From contig JAITWR010000069.1 in NCBI GenBank assembly GCA_031285165.1, forward strand, positions 677 through 64,676: DNA of 64,000 nt, read 5' to 3'. Of this stretch, positions 48,024-56,954 are shown piece by piece; position 1 is the first letter of the stretch; the number at the start of each line of letters is the position of its first letter. The position numbers were made by a program, and so were the translations under genes. The DNA comes from Novosphingobium sp. GTDB taxonomy: Bacteria; Pseudomonadota; Alphaproteobacteria; Sphingomonadales; Sphingomonadaceae. The notes below the pieces were generated by a model. The model worked only from the letters and a program-made list of their open reading frames with translations, did no database searches and had not been told where the DNA came from.

Positions 48024-49346
48024 TCAGTCCTTGCCGAGAACCATGTCGTTGAGCAGTTCATGGAACCGCTGGATGCGCTTTTCCTGCAAGGGCAGGGTGC
48101 AGCCCTTGAAGCCTCGCGAATTAAGGCCCTGCTGCTGGGTCGTTCCGATCGAAAGATCCTGATCGGCGACGAAGCCGAGCGATATGCCGTCCCCATAGCG
48201 CGTGTGATAATGGACGGCGTCGTGTTCCAGCGGCGCCATGCCGATCGGTGTCTCGACTTCCTTCATGCCCTCGATGGGCGGGTAAAGGCACCAGTGCTGG
48301 AAAATACATTTCTCGGGATCGGTCGGATGCGGCTCCGTGCGCAGAATCTGGCATTGCTCCGGCGACATCGTGAGCGTCAGGTTGGGAAACAGCGTGCAGT
48401 GGAAATAGTCGGCCAGTTGCTGATCGCTCATGTCGGCATAATTGGTATAGCCGCGCTGCGGCCCAAGGCGCCGCTTCGCCTCGATCACTGCCTGGCGGAT
48501 GCCGCTTGTCCGGCCCGTATATTCGTCCGGGTCGATGCCCCATCCCCGGGCGATCTCGTCGAGCGGAGAAGGGGTTTTTCCGCTTTCGTAGTCCTTGCGG
48601 GACGTAGCCTGATGGCCGACCATCCACATGGAATTATGCCCTGAAGGGTACATCTCGAACAGCGTGCTGGGCAGGCCGTCGTTGATGAACGTGGCGACTT
48701 CCGGGTGGATCGTAGGGAGGTGGTAGCTCTCGTTGAAATTATCGCGGACGATTTTCCAGTTGAACTCGCAATCGCTCGAAAGTTTCAGCACGCGGACCCA
48801 GTTGTCGAGACCGTAGCCGGCCAGACGCTCGGGGAATGGGGACAGCCATTCGATAAGAGGCGCTGCGTCATCGTCCATGCACCAGAAGACGAACGGCCCC
48901 CAGGTTTCGCAGCGCAATTCGGCAAGCCGAAGTTTTCCGCACGGATCACCGCCTGCGAAATCATCCGGATCCTGAACCTTTATCAGCGTGCCATCCAGAT
49001 CGAACTTCCAGCTATGATAGGCGCAGGTAATGCTGGGCATGCAGGTGGAATCGTTGAGGATCAGGCGGTTTCCGCGATGCGGGCAGGTGTTGTAGAAAGC
49101 GCGGATCGCGCCGCCCTCCTGCTTTACCATGATGACGGAGTCCTTGCCGAAATTGTGGCGGACGATGTCACCCGGCTCCTCGAACTCGGCGATCACGCCG
49201 CCCAGGTGCCAGACTTTCGGCCAGAGATGGCGGTTTTCAAGCTCCATCCATTCACGCGAAATATAGCGTTCCGCAGTGATGGTGTCGCCGCGTACCGGCG
49301 GGTCGTATTCGGCGGAATAACGCGACAGCGTTGGTTCAGCGTTCAT
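48024..49346 (-). CDS. Rieske oxygenase alpha subunit
   Basis: CPH...CAYH; 'ESYHLPTIH'. Confidence 0.92.
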   Translation of the reverse strand: MNAEPTLSRYSAEYDPPVRGDTITAERYISREWMELENRHLWPKVWHLGGVIAEFEEPGDIVRHNFGKDSVIMVKQEGGAIRAFYNTCPHRGNRLILNDSTCMPSITCAYHSWKFDLDGTLIKVQDPDDFAGGDPCGKLRLAELRCETWGPFVFWCMDDDAAPLIEWLSPFPERLAGYGLDNWVRVLKLSSDCEFNWKIVRDNFNESYHLPTIHPEVATFINDGLPSTLFEMYPSGHNSMWMVGHQATSRKDYESGKTPSPLDEIARGWGIDPDEYTGRTSGIRQAVIEAKRRLGPQRGYTNYADMSDQQLADYFHCTLFPNLTLTMSPEQCQILRTEPHPTDPEKCIFQHWCLYPPIEGMKEVETPIGMAPLEHDAVHYHTRYGDGISLGFVADQDLSIGTTQQQGLNSRGFKGCTLPLQEKRIQRFHELLNDMVLGKD

Positions 49347-49442
49347 AAGGGCACCCTTCAAGCTATGTGGCGGCTGACTGGAATCCCGGCTGCTATATCG
49401 CCTTGCCGTTCCATGGGACCGGGTTCCGCCGGGGGCAGGTGA

Positions 49443-50492
49443 TCACAGGCTGGCCCAGTGATCATAGACCGGATCGGTTTTGCCATAGCATCCGCGCGTT
49501 GTCAGACCTTCGTAGAAGCCCGACGCCTCGAACGTGGTGGGGTGAGTGGCCGTCCAATCGCAGACGAAAGTGCGGCTGGCGATTTTCCACACGCCGTCGC
49601 GCCGTTGATAGCTGTCGACATAGCGGCCGCCGGTGAGCGTATCCGAGCCGCCGGCGCGGTTATGGGCGATGATATAGTGTTCGCCCACGGCATGATCGCC
49701 TTTCACCTCGATCCATTCGTTAGCAATGGAATGGAAGCAGGATTCCAGATTCGCGGTGATGAAAGCGGTGACGGCGGATGCGAATTCGGCCGGAGAACCG
49801 TTGCAGATGCCCGAGATGATGTCGGCATCCTCCCAGAACAGCGATTGCATAAGCTCTGCGTCGGCCCGGTCGGCGGCGCGGCAATAGCCGGTCAGCAGGG
49901 GGCGGATCGCCTCACGCGCGAGCGCTGCATGGAGTGCTTCTTCGGTAGGGTTCATCGGGGGAGCCTTATGCAGAAGATGGGAGGCGGCTTCATGTCTGGC
50001 GATGAGGGCGCGGCCGGGATCGCTGGCGCCCTTGCCGCCTTCCGGCACGAAATGATCGCTGGTGACCGGCGGGTCGGCGCGGACGGCGGTGTTCGCGCGG
50101 TTGGTGTTGCTGTCCAGAACATAGCGGCGGTGAGTCAGCCGCCATGCCCCGTCGCGGCATTCCAGCCTGTCGAGGTAACGGCCGAAGACCATGCGCTGTA
50201 TTTCGGCTTCCTCGACATAGGCGATGACGTAGCTTTCCGAGACGGCCCGTTCGCCGTCGACGCGGATTTCGCAATTGGCCGTTCGATGCAGGGAAGGCAG
50301 CGCGTTTTTCTGCGCGCCCGAGAGAATTTCGGCGAATGTCTGCGCCGGGCCGGTGAAGAAGCCGTAATCGACCGTTGCATCGTCATGGTAAGCCGAGGCG
50401 AGCAGGTTCAGATCGGCGCGATCGACACCGCGGCTGTGAACGGCCAGGATATTGCGGATGGCGTGTCTGGCGCCGAGGGCTGCGGTGGTCAT
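49443..50492 (-). CDS. Tandem double SnoaL-like domain protein
   Basis: Two repeats of '(H/Y)xR(G/A)xDRAD ... GRY(L/V)D...RDGxW(R/K)'. Confidence 0.82.
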   Translation of the reverse strand: MTTAALGARHAIRNILAVHSRGVDRADLNLLASAYHDDATVDYGFFTGPAQTFAEILSGAQKNALPSLHRTANCEIRVDGERAVSESYVIAYVEEAEIQRMVFGRYLDRLECRDGAWRLTHRRYVLDSNTNRANTAVRADPPVTSDHFVPEGGKGASDPGRALIARHEAASHLLHKAPPMNPTEEALHAALAREAIRPLLTGYCRAADRADAELMQSLFWEDADIISGICNGSPAEFASAVTAFITANLESCFHSIANEWIEVKGDHAVGEHYIIAHNRAGGSDTLTGGRYVDSYQRRDGVWKIASRTFVCDWTATHPTTFEASGFYEGLTTRGCYGKTDPVYDHWASL

Positions 50493-50516
50493 ATCCCGGT
50501 TGTTCCGTTAGCATCC

Positions 50517-50554
50517 AAAAAAACTGCCCCGGCCGGATGTGCCGGCCGGGGCAG
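50517..50554 (-). terminator. Rho-independent terminator downstream of receptor paralog 3
   Basis: 13-bp GC stem CTGCCCCGGCCGG/CCGGCCGGGGCAG followed by T7 on the minus strand. Confidence 0.8.
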
Positions 50555-50651
50555 GAATAAACTGCTCAGAAATTCGCACCGGTAAACGCGCCGGATCGGA
50601 TCGTCGAACCGATCCGGGCTGCGCAGCCGGGTTGAATATCCAGCGTGCCCA

Positions 50652-52853
50652 TCAGAAATGATACCGGAAATTCACGCCATATTCGCGCGGCGTGCCGAGC
50701 GATGCGAGCGTTCCGATCCCGGCAAGATACAGCTTCTGGTTGAAATAATGCTCGTTGAAAAGATTGCGGGCATATGCGCCTATCTTCCAGCCGGCATCGT
50801 CAGGCCCCCAGTTCATGCTGGCGTTGACGAGATTGACCGCCCCGATCCGTTCGGCGGGCAGGTTGGTATAGGCGGTGTATTTGGAACTGGTGTAGCTGTA
50901 TTGGCCCGTGGTGGTGAGCGTGCCTCCGCCCAGGGCGGTTTCCCAGTTGATGCCGAAAGACGCACTCCACCTGGGCGAATTCATCAGGACGTTGCCGGCA
51001 AAGGAAACCGGCACCATAACGCCGCCTGCACCAAGCGTTTGCGTATCGTACTCCTTATATTTGGCATCGAGATAGGCGAGCGAGCCGGTAAGCGTCAGGC
51101 CCTTTGTCGGCAAAGCCGTGACTTCCAGTTCGAAGCCCTTGGTGCGTGCCTTGCCGGCATTGTGGATCGCGGCCGAGTTCTCACCCGTCGGGAATGTGAT
51201 GTTCTGGACCACCTGCATGTTGGAATAGAAATTGTAGAACGCCGCCAGATTGATCCGCAGATGCCGGTCGAGCAGATCGGCCTTGATCCCGGCTTCCAGC
51301 GTATCGAGCTTTTCCGGGTTGAACGGTCCGATATCCTCCTTCACGGCAATGCGCCCGTTGAAGCCGCCCGACTTGAAGCCGCGCGCGTAATAGCCATAGA
51401 GCATCACCGTGTCCGAGGGCTTGTAGTCCAGCCCGACTTTCCAGCCCACGTTGTTCCAGGACTTCTTGCCGGTTGCGACGATCAGCGAGCCGGGAGTGAT
51501 CGGATCGTTGAATTGGGAGACGCCGCTCGGGTTCATGGACCCGGCAGTGGTGGAGATCGCATCGACCGTTTCGTGGCTGTAGCGGATACCGGCCTGGAAA
51601 CGCAGGTTCGGCCCGATATCCTGATAGAGCTGGGCAAAGCCGGAGATCGACCAGTCGGTCTGTTCCTGCGTTTGCGGATTGCCCAGGCCGGGCAGGAACC
51701 CGTCCTGCTTGGTCTGCTGGTCCAGCGTGTAGTGCTGCCGGAAATAATAGCCGCCGATGATCAGCCTCGTGCTGTCGGTCAGATCGACGAGATCGCGCAG
51801 TTCCTGGCTGAACTGATGATGTTTGATCCGCCGATGGGTTTGCAGCAAAACGTCCGTGACGGCATCGTCGTCGGAATAGAGGTTGTTGTCGTATTCGCGA
51901 TAGGCGGTGATCGAGGTGATATCCCCGATGCCGGTCTTCAGGTTCTGGGTCAGCGTTACCGCATAGGCATCGCGGTCGTTGGTATCGGGCTGATCACCGC
52001 TGAATCCCCGCGTGAACGAGAAAGGATCGGTGGTTTCTCCCGGCCGGTAGAACAGATCGCCCGGTCCGGCGACGACCACGCCTGTCTGCGAGCCGTTGCG
52101 GCTGCGCACATATTCGCCGATCAGCGTCGCGTCATAATTGCCGGAATCGTATTTGAGATAACCGCGCAGCGTGGTCATGTCGCGCTTGCCGAGGCGGCGG
52201 CCGTCCGCGACATTGCGGAAATAGCCATCCATGCCGTTGTGCAGCACGCTGATTTTGCCCGCCAGATTGTCGGTGATCGGGAAGTTCAGCGCGGCGTTCA
52301 CTTCGATGTGGTTGTAGTTGCCGTAAACCACTTCAACATCGCCGCCGAATTTGCCGGTGGGCTGCTTGGTGACGACATTGATGACGCCGCCCGTGGTGTT
52401 CGCGCCGAACAGCGTGCCCTGCGGTCCGCGCAGCACTTCCACGCGGTCGATGTCGAACAGCGAGAGCAGCGCAGCGGTATTCACACCCACCACGACGCCA
52501 TCGACCACTACGGAAACCGTCGTGCCGACATAGGGGTCGGCATCATTCACGCCAACGCCCCGGATCGTGAAAACCGCGGAATCGGGCGAGTTCGAGAAGG
52601 TGTTGATCTGCACGTTGGGGATCGAGGCCCCCATGTCGGCGATGTTGTTGACCTGTGCGGCGGAGAGCATGGCCCCCGTCATCGCCGTGACCGAGATGGG
52701 CACGTCCTGCTGGCTTTGCGCCTGCTTTTGCGCGGTGACGACGATCTCCTCCAGCCCCCCGGAACCGTCTTCGGCGTCTTGTGCGTATGCGGTCCCGAAA
52801 GTCAGCGCGACACTGGCGCTGCCGAGCAGCAGGTATGAAATAGCCCTGTTCAT
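50652..52853 (-). CDS. TonB-dependent receptor (paralog 3)
   Basis: 'LEEIVVTAQK', 'RVEVLRGPQGTLFG', C-terminal Phe. Confidence 0.92.
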   Translation of the reverse strand: MNRAISYLLLGSASVALTFGTAYAQDAEDGSGGLEEIVVTAQKQAQSQQDVPISVTAMTGAMLSAAQVNNIADMGASIPNVQINTFSNSPDSAVFTIRGVGVNDADPYVGTTVSVVVDGVVVGVNTAALLSLFDIDRVEVLRGPQGTLFGANTTGGVINVVTKQPTGKFGGDVEVVYGNYNHIEVNAALNFPITDNLAGKISVLHNGMDGYFRNVADGRRLGKRDMTTLRGYLKYDSGNYDATLIGEYVRSRNGSQTGVVVAGPGDLFYRPGETTDPFSFTRGFSGDQPDTNDRDAYAVTLTQNLKTGIGDITSITAYREYDNNLYSDDDAVTDVLLQTHRRIKHHQFSQELRDLVDLTDSTRLIIGGYYFRQHYTLDQQTKQDGFLPGLGNPQTQEQTDWSISGFAQLYQDIGPNLRFQAGIRYSHETVDAISTTAGSMNPSGVSQFNDPITPGSLIVATGKKSWNNVGWKVGLDYKPSDTVMLYGYYARGFKSGGFNGRIAVKEDIGPFNPEKLDTLEAGIKADLLDRHLRINLAAFYNFYSNMQVVQNITFPTGENSAAIHNAGKARTKGFELEVTALPTKGLTLTGSLAYLDAKYKEYDTQTLGAGGVMVPVSFAGNVLMNSPRWSASFGINWETALGGGTLTTTGQYSYTSSKYTAYTNLPAERIGAVNLVNASMNWGPDDAGWKIGAYARNLFNEHYFNQKLYLAGIGTLASLGTPREYGVNFRYHF

Positions 52854-52989
52854 CTTTCTCTTTCTCTCTATCCAGCGGTTTACGCTGTTTTGTCAGGCGC
52901 CCACAACCGGGTGGGCTGGCCTGGCATTGTGGCGTTCCCCGAAGCGTCACACACCTGCGATTTTAATTAGGCGTGCCTGCCGATCCGTT

Positions 52990-53009
52990 TTCTCGCACAA
53001 GTGACAGGT
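52990..53009. promoter_or_regulatory. lux-box-like site
   Basis: TTCTCGCACAAGTGACAGGT; very similar to the 15606 site, which also precedes a receptor; minus-strand GCCTAATT 17 nt away. Confidence 0.65.
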
Positions 53010-53086
53010 GCGCCGTTGCGGCCGTGCCACCAGACTTGCGGCCATAAGGAATCGACAACGGGACAGATGTGTCAGGACGGGAGCCG

Positions 53087-54436
53087 ATGGACATGAACAA
53101 GCCTGCGGACGCTGCGGCGCCGCTCCAGGGTCGCGATCCGGCCAATCTGCGCGGCGATCCGATCACCGGCGATCGTTACTATTCCCCTGAATTCGCGCAA
53201 AGGGAGTGGGACCGGCTGTGGACGCGCATCTGGCACATCGCCGGGCGCCTGGCCGATATCCCCGATCCGGGCGATTTCATGGTCCACGACTTCATGAAGG
53301 AATCGGTCGTCGCGGTCCGGCAGGCCGATGGCTCGGTCCGTGCCTTTTACAACAGTTGTGCCCATCGCGGTATGCGCATGGTGCGGGGCACGTCCTCGGT
53401 GGATACGCTCTCCTGCCCTTATCACGGCTGGCGCTACGGGCTGGACGGCAAGCTCGTCCACGCGCAGGACGCAGGCGATTTTCCGCAGGGCGATCCCTGC
53501 GGCAAGCTGTCGCTCAGGGAACTGCGTTGCGATACCTGGGGCGGCTTCGTCTGGTACACCATGGCGGAGCAAGGCCCCGGCCTGCACGAATATCTGGCGC
53601 CGCTGCCCGATGTCTATGCCCGCTATCCGATGGAAAAAGCGGTGCGTGTGGCCTGGTATCGCATCGCGCTCAACGCCAACTGGAAATTCGTTACCGACAA
53701 TTTCTCGGAAAGCTACCACACGCGCACCGCCCATCCGCAGGTGCCGCCATGGATCGATCAGGATGTCGATACCGCCAGGCACGAGATGTGGCCCGCCGGG
53801 CATGGGCGCACGGTGCAGCCGATGCGCCCGTCGCTGTCCGATCGCTTGCCGGAGGATGTGCCGCATCCCTACAAGATGATCCTCCGGGCCTGGGGCATCG
53901 ACCCGGACGGCTACGCCTCTTATGAGGAAATGGCGATGCAGGGCTGGCTCGATCTCAAGGCGGCCAAGCAGCGCGACTGGAAGGCGCGCGGCTATCTCCA
54001 TTATGAGCACATGAACGACGAGGAAATCACCGACAGCCCGCATACGGTGATCTTCCCCAATGTGACGATCAGCTTCCTGCCCGACAATCTCGTATTCTTC
54101 CGCTCCGAACCGCACCCCGATGACCCTGAAAAGTGCTTCTTCGATCTGTGGTGCATGGCCTTTCCGGTAGCGGGGCAGGAAATCGTGGAATCGATTATGG
54201 CCGGGCCGAAACCCTTCCACGAAGCCTCTGTGTGTGAGTTTCGTGACTTTGACGAGGGCAGGGGCATTCCCGAACTGGCCGGCCAGATCGTCTATCAGGA
54301 TATGGAACTGGCGGAAGGCATGCAGGCGGGAATGCATTCCAGGGGTTATACGGACGCCTATCTGCCCGCACAGGAAACGCGCGTGCGCTTCTTTCATGAA
54401 GTGCTCAACGACTGGCTCGAAGGAAGGAAGCCCTGA
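53087..54436 (+). CDS. Rieske oxygenase alpha subunit
   Basis: CAH...CPYH; 'ESYHTRTAH'. Confidence 0.92.
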   Translation: MDMNKPADAAAPLQGRDPANLRGDPITGDRYYSPEFAQREWDRLWTRIWHIAGRLADIPDPGDFMVHDFMKESVVAVRQADGSVRAFYNSCAHRGMRMVRGTSSVDTLSCPYHGWRYGLDGKLVHAQDAGDFPQGDPCGKLSLRELRCDTWGGFVWYTMAEQGPGLHEYLAPLPDVYARYPMEKAVRVAWYRIALNANWKFVTDNFSESYHTRTAHPQVPPWIDQDVDTARHEMWPAGHGRTVQPMRPSLSDRLPEDVPHPYKMILRAWGIDPDGYASYEEMAMQGWLDLKAAKQRDWKARGYLHYEHMNDEEITDSPHTVIFPNVTISFLPDNLVFFRSEPHPDDPEKCFFDLWCMAFPVAGQEIVESIMAGPKPFHEASVCEFRDFDEGRGIPELAGQIVYQDMELAEGMQAGMHSRGYTDAYLPAQETRVRFFHEVLNDWLEGRKP

Positions 54437-55122
54437 TGACGAATGTGGCAATTACCGGGGCGGCCCGCGGGATCGGATACGAACTTGCCCGGCAGCATCT
54501 GGCGCAGGGCGATCGTGTTTTCGCGCTGGTCCGCAACCCGGGCTCCGCCGAAGCGCTGAACCGGCTGGCTGCCGGTTCGGGCGGCCTGCTGACGGTTCAT
54601 GCGATGGATGTGGGGGATGACGCTTCGGTTCGCGCGGGAGCCGCATCCACGGGGGATGGCCCGATCGATGTTCTCTACAATGTCGCCGGTGTGACGGGCG
54701 TTGTGGCGCCGGAACTGGACGGCGCCGATTGGGCGGTGTTCGACGATGTCATCAATATCATGCTCAAAGGGCCTTTGCGGGTTCTCCACGGGTTCCTGCC
54801 GCGCCTTGCTCCCGGCGCGAAAGTGATCAACATTTCCAGCCAGCTTGCGGCCTCGACCTGGCCTTATGGCGGCTTCTATGCCTATGTCGCGGCCAAGGCC
54901 GGCCTCAACCGCATGATGCGCTCGGTCGCGATCGATCTCAGGGATCGCGGGATCGTCGTCGGCAATCTCCATCCGGGGTATGTCCAGACGGATATGGGCG
55001 GCCCCGAAGCCGACATCACGCCCGAGGAAAGCGCGGCCGGCATCAGGAAAATGGCCGCAGAATGGACGCTTGAGCGTTCGGGGGATTTCTACAAGTGGAA
55101 CGGTGAGCCCCACGCCTGGTAG
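54436..55122 (+). CDS. SDR oxidoreductase (CsgA/carbonyl reductase-like)
   Basis: TGAARGIG, YVAAK, 'HPGYVQTDMGG'. Confidence 0.9.
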   Translation: MTNVAITGAARGIGYELARQHLAQGDRVFALVRNPGSAEALNRLAAGSGGLLTVHAMDVGDDASVRAGAASTGDGPIDVLYNVAGVTGVVAPELDGADWAVFDDVINIMLKGPLRVLHGFLPRLAPGAKVINISSQLAASTWPYGGFYAYVAAKAGLNRMMRSVAIDLRDRGIVVGNLHPGYVQTDMGGPEADITPEESAAGIRKMAAEWTLERSGDFYKWNGEPHAW

Positions 55123-55132
55123 GGAGAGGATA

Positions 55133-55567
55133 ATGGCTTTTGTCGGGACATTGGCGGATCGTCTGGAGATCCGCGAGTTGATGGATACCCACGCGCATAG
55201 CGTGATGACCATGGACCCGGATCTGTGGAGTTCGATTTGGGCGGACGATGCCTATTGGGCGCTTCCCGAATATCCCGATCTCGGTGGATTTTCCGGCAAG
55301 GAGGCCATCGTCGCCGGCTGGACGGAATCGATGAAGCATTACGGCCTCGACAATCGCACGAAGCCGATGGTTTATTTCATGAATCCGGGGGCGATCGAGG
55401 TGGATGGCGATACCGCAACTTCCGTTGCCTACACGATCGAGATTTACGACGATCCGGCCAGCGGCAAGCGCGTATATGCAACCGGACGCTATGACGATGA
55501 ACTGCGCCGTATCGATGGGCGCTGGCGCTTTGTCCGGCGTGAGTACCGGACCGTCTTTTCGGAGTGA
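55133..55567 (+). CDS. SnoaL-like/NTF2-family protein
   Basis: 'DRLEIREL', 'WADDA', 'GRYDDELRRIDGRWRF'. Confidence 0.85.
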   Translation: MAFVGTLADRLEIRELMDTHAHSVMTMDPDLWSSIWADDAYWALPEYPDLGGFSGKEAIVAGWTESMKHYGLDNRTKPMVYFMNPGAIEVDGDTATSVAYTIEIYDDPASGKRVYATGRYDDELRRIDGRWRFVRREYRTVFSE

Positions 55568-55582
55568 ATGGCCCGTTTCGCT

Positions 55583-55930
55583 CTACAGCTGTGAATGCCG
55601 TTCCTCCACCGAGAACGTGCGGATACGGCTGCGGTCGAACAGGCGGGCTTCGTCCTCGGCGATCATCGCTGCCGTTTCGGGGGTGGCCAGAGCAGCGAAG
55701 CAGGCATCGCGCGTGGCCTCGTCGGGGAAATCGATCTCGGTGACAACGTCGGCATCGCAGGGTTCTTCCGTATCGTCCATGGAATGAAGAAACCGGCGGA
55801 CATAGCGGGTGGCAAAGCCAGCCAGAACCCGTTCACCGATACGGCGATGGTGTTCTTCGTAATAGGCGATGAAGTCCGCTTTGCTCATTCCGGCGCGTCG
55901 TTTGAGCAGAGTTACTGTCGTTATGGTCAT
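55583..55930 (-). CDS. EthD-domain protein
   Basis: 'LLKRRAGMSKADFIAYYEEHH', 'IAEDEARLFD'. Confidence 0.85.
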   Translation of the reverse strand: MTITTVTLLKRRAGMSKADFIAYYEEHHRRIGERVLAGFATRYVRRFLHSMDDTEEPCDADVVTEIDFPDEATRDACFAALATPETAAMIAEDEARLFDRSRIRTFSVEERHSQL

Positions 55931-56718
55931 GTAATGCTCCCAAGCCAACGGCGTGTCGCTTCGGCCACGGCCCTGGCGCGGGGTACGGCCTGCGGGTGAG
56001 TCTCGCGCAGGGCGCGGGACCGCAGTTCGATACTGAGGGGAATGCGGGCGGGCAGGGCGCCCAGTATGGCGGCCAGCGGCAGGACACCCTCGCCACATTG
56101 CTCGCGCAAGTCGACGGCGTCGGTGATGATCGCATCGTAATCTGCCGGATCGGGCCGCCGGGCACCTGCATCGCAAAACTGCGCGTAGGGCAGCAGATGC
56201 GGGTCGATGGCAGCGAGTTGTTCCGGTGTCGTGCCTGAACGGTCGACATGGATGGGATCGACCAGCAGTGCGCGAAGCGGGTGGCCGACCTTGTCCAGAA
56301 TCGAGAGCGCTGTGGCCAGTTCCTTTACCTCTGTAAAAATGCCGAATTCCAACGCGATGCGGATGCCGCTGCCTTCGGTATGGCGACAAAGATCCTCAAG
56401 CCATCCCGCTGTTGCGCCGTGGTCGGGATCGGACGAGACACACAGTACGTTTGCCGCTCCCAGTTCTGCCCCGATGTCGATGATTTTGCGGTGATCGTCG
56501 AACGGGATGTCGGGCCGCCGCCAGACAACCTCTATGTCGAGCACCGGCAGGCCGGTGGCCGCCAATGCGGCACGTACAGCGCGCGTCGTGCTGCTGGTCC
56601 AGTCCGCCGGTTCGATCCATAAGCCAACGGCGTCGAACCCGCCGGCCTTCGCTGCTTCCACTGTTTCGACAGGGCCGAATTCGGGAAGTACGCCTGAAGC
56701 GAGTGAGATCGGGTGCAT
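55927..56718 (-). CDS. Sugar phosphate isomerase/epimerase (xylose isomerase-like TIM barrel)
   Basis: 'ALEF', 'VDPIH..RSG', 'QFCDA', 'GEGVLPL', 'SIE'. Confidence 0.82.
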   Translation of the reverse strand: MHPISLASGVLPEFGPVETVEAAKAGGFDAVGLWIEPADWTSSTTRAVRAALAATGLPVLDIEVVWRRPDIPFDDHRKIIDIGAELGAANVLCVSSDPDHGATAGWLEDLCRHTEGSGIRIALEFGIFTEVKELATALSILDKVGHPLRALLVDPIHVDRSGTTPEQLAAIDPHLLPYAQFCDAGARRPDPADYDAIITDAVDLREQCGEGVLPLAAILGALPARIPLSIELRSRALRETHPQAVPRARAVAEATRRWLGSIT

Positions 56719-56719
56719 T

Positions 56720-56821
56720 TTACAACCCTACATCTGCGGTTCGTGGAGCGGGTGGATCGCTCTCGGGGCACCAATCGGGCATGATTTCCGCGACGTTGCC
56801 GATGCGCTGGACAGGCTCCAC
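56720..56821 (-). CDS. Putative 33-aa small ORF or gene remnant
   Basis: GGAG RBS 8 nt before a GTG; MEPVQRIGNVAEIMPDWCPESDPPAPRTADVGL*; stop lies 1 nt before the next ATG. Confidence 0.35.
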   Translation of the reverse strand: MEPVQRIGNVAEIMPDWCPESDPPAPRTADVGL

Positions 56822-56881
56822 GGCTTTCTCTCCGATTACGTCTTGCCGGGCAAGTTAAGCATAGGGAGAAGGGGAGCGGCA

Positions 56882-56921
56882 AGCTGCGACTATTGACAGG
56901 CACCTTGCCTTTTCACCAGTT
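56882..56921. promoter_or_regulatory. Two abutting lux-box-like sites
   Basis: AGCTGCGACTATTGACAGGC followed by ACCTTGCCTTTTCACCAGTT; minus-strand TATGCT -10 element 18 nt from the first box. Confidence 0.6.
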
Positions 56922-56954
56922 GGCGGCGAGACATGACAAGGGCAGTCATCGGGC

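Noticed and set aside
49399-49420. Possible box upstream of the Rieske gene at 48024
   Set aside because: Reads CT-N12-GG and lacks the A/T core; not counted.
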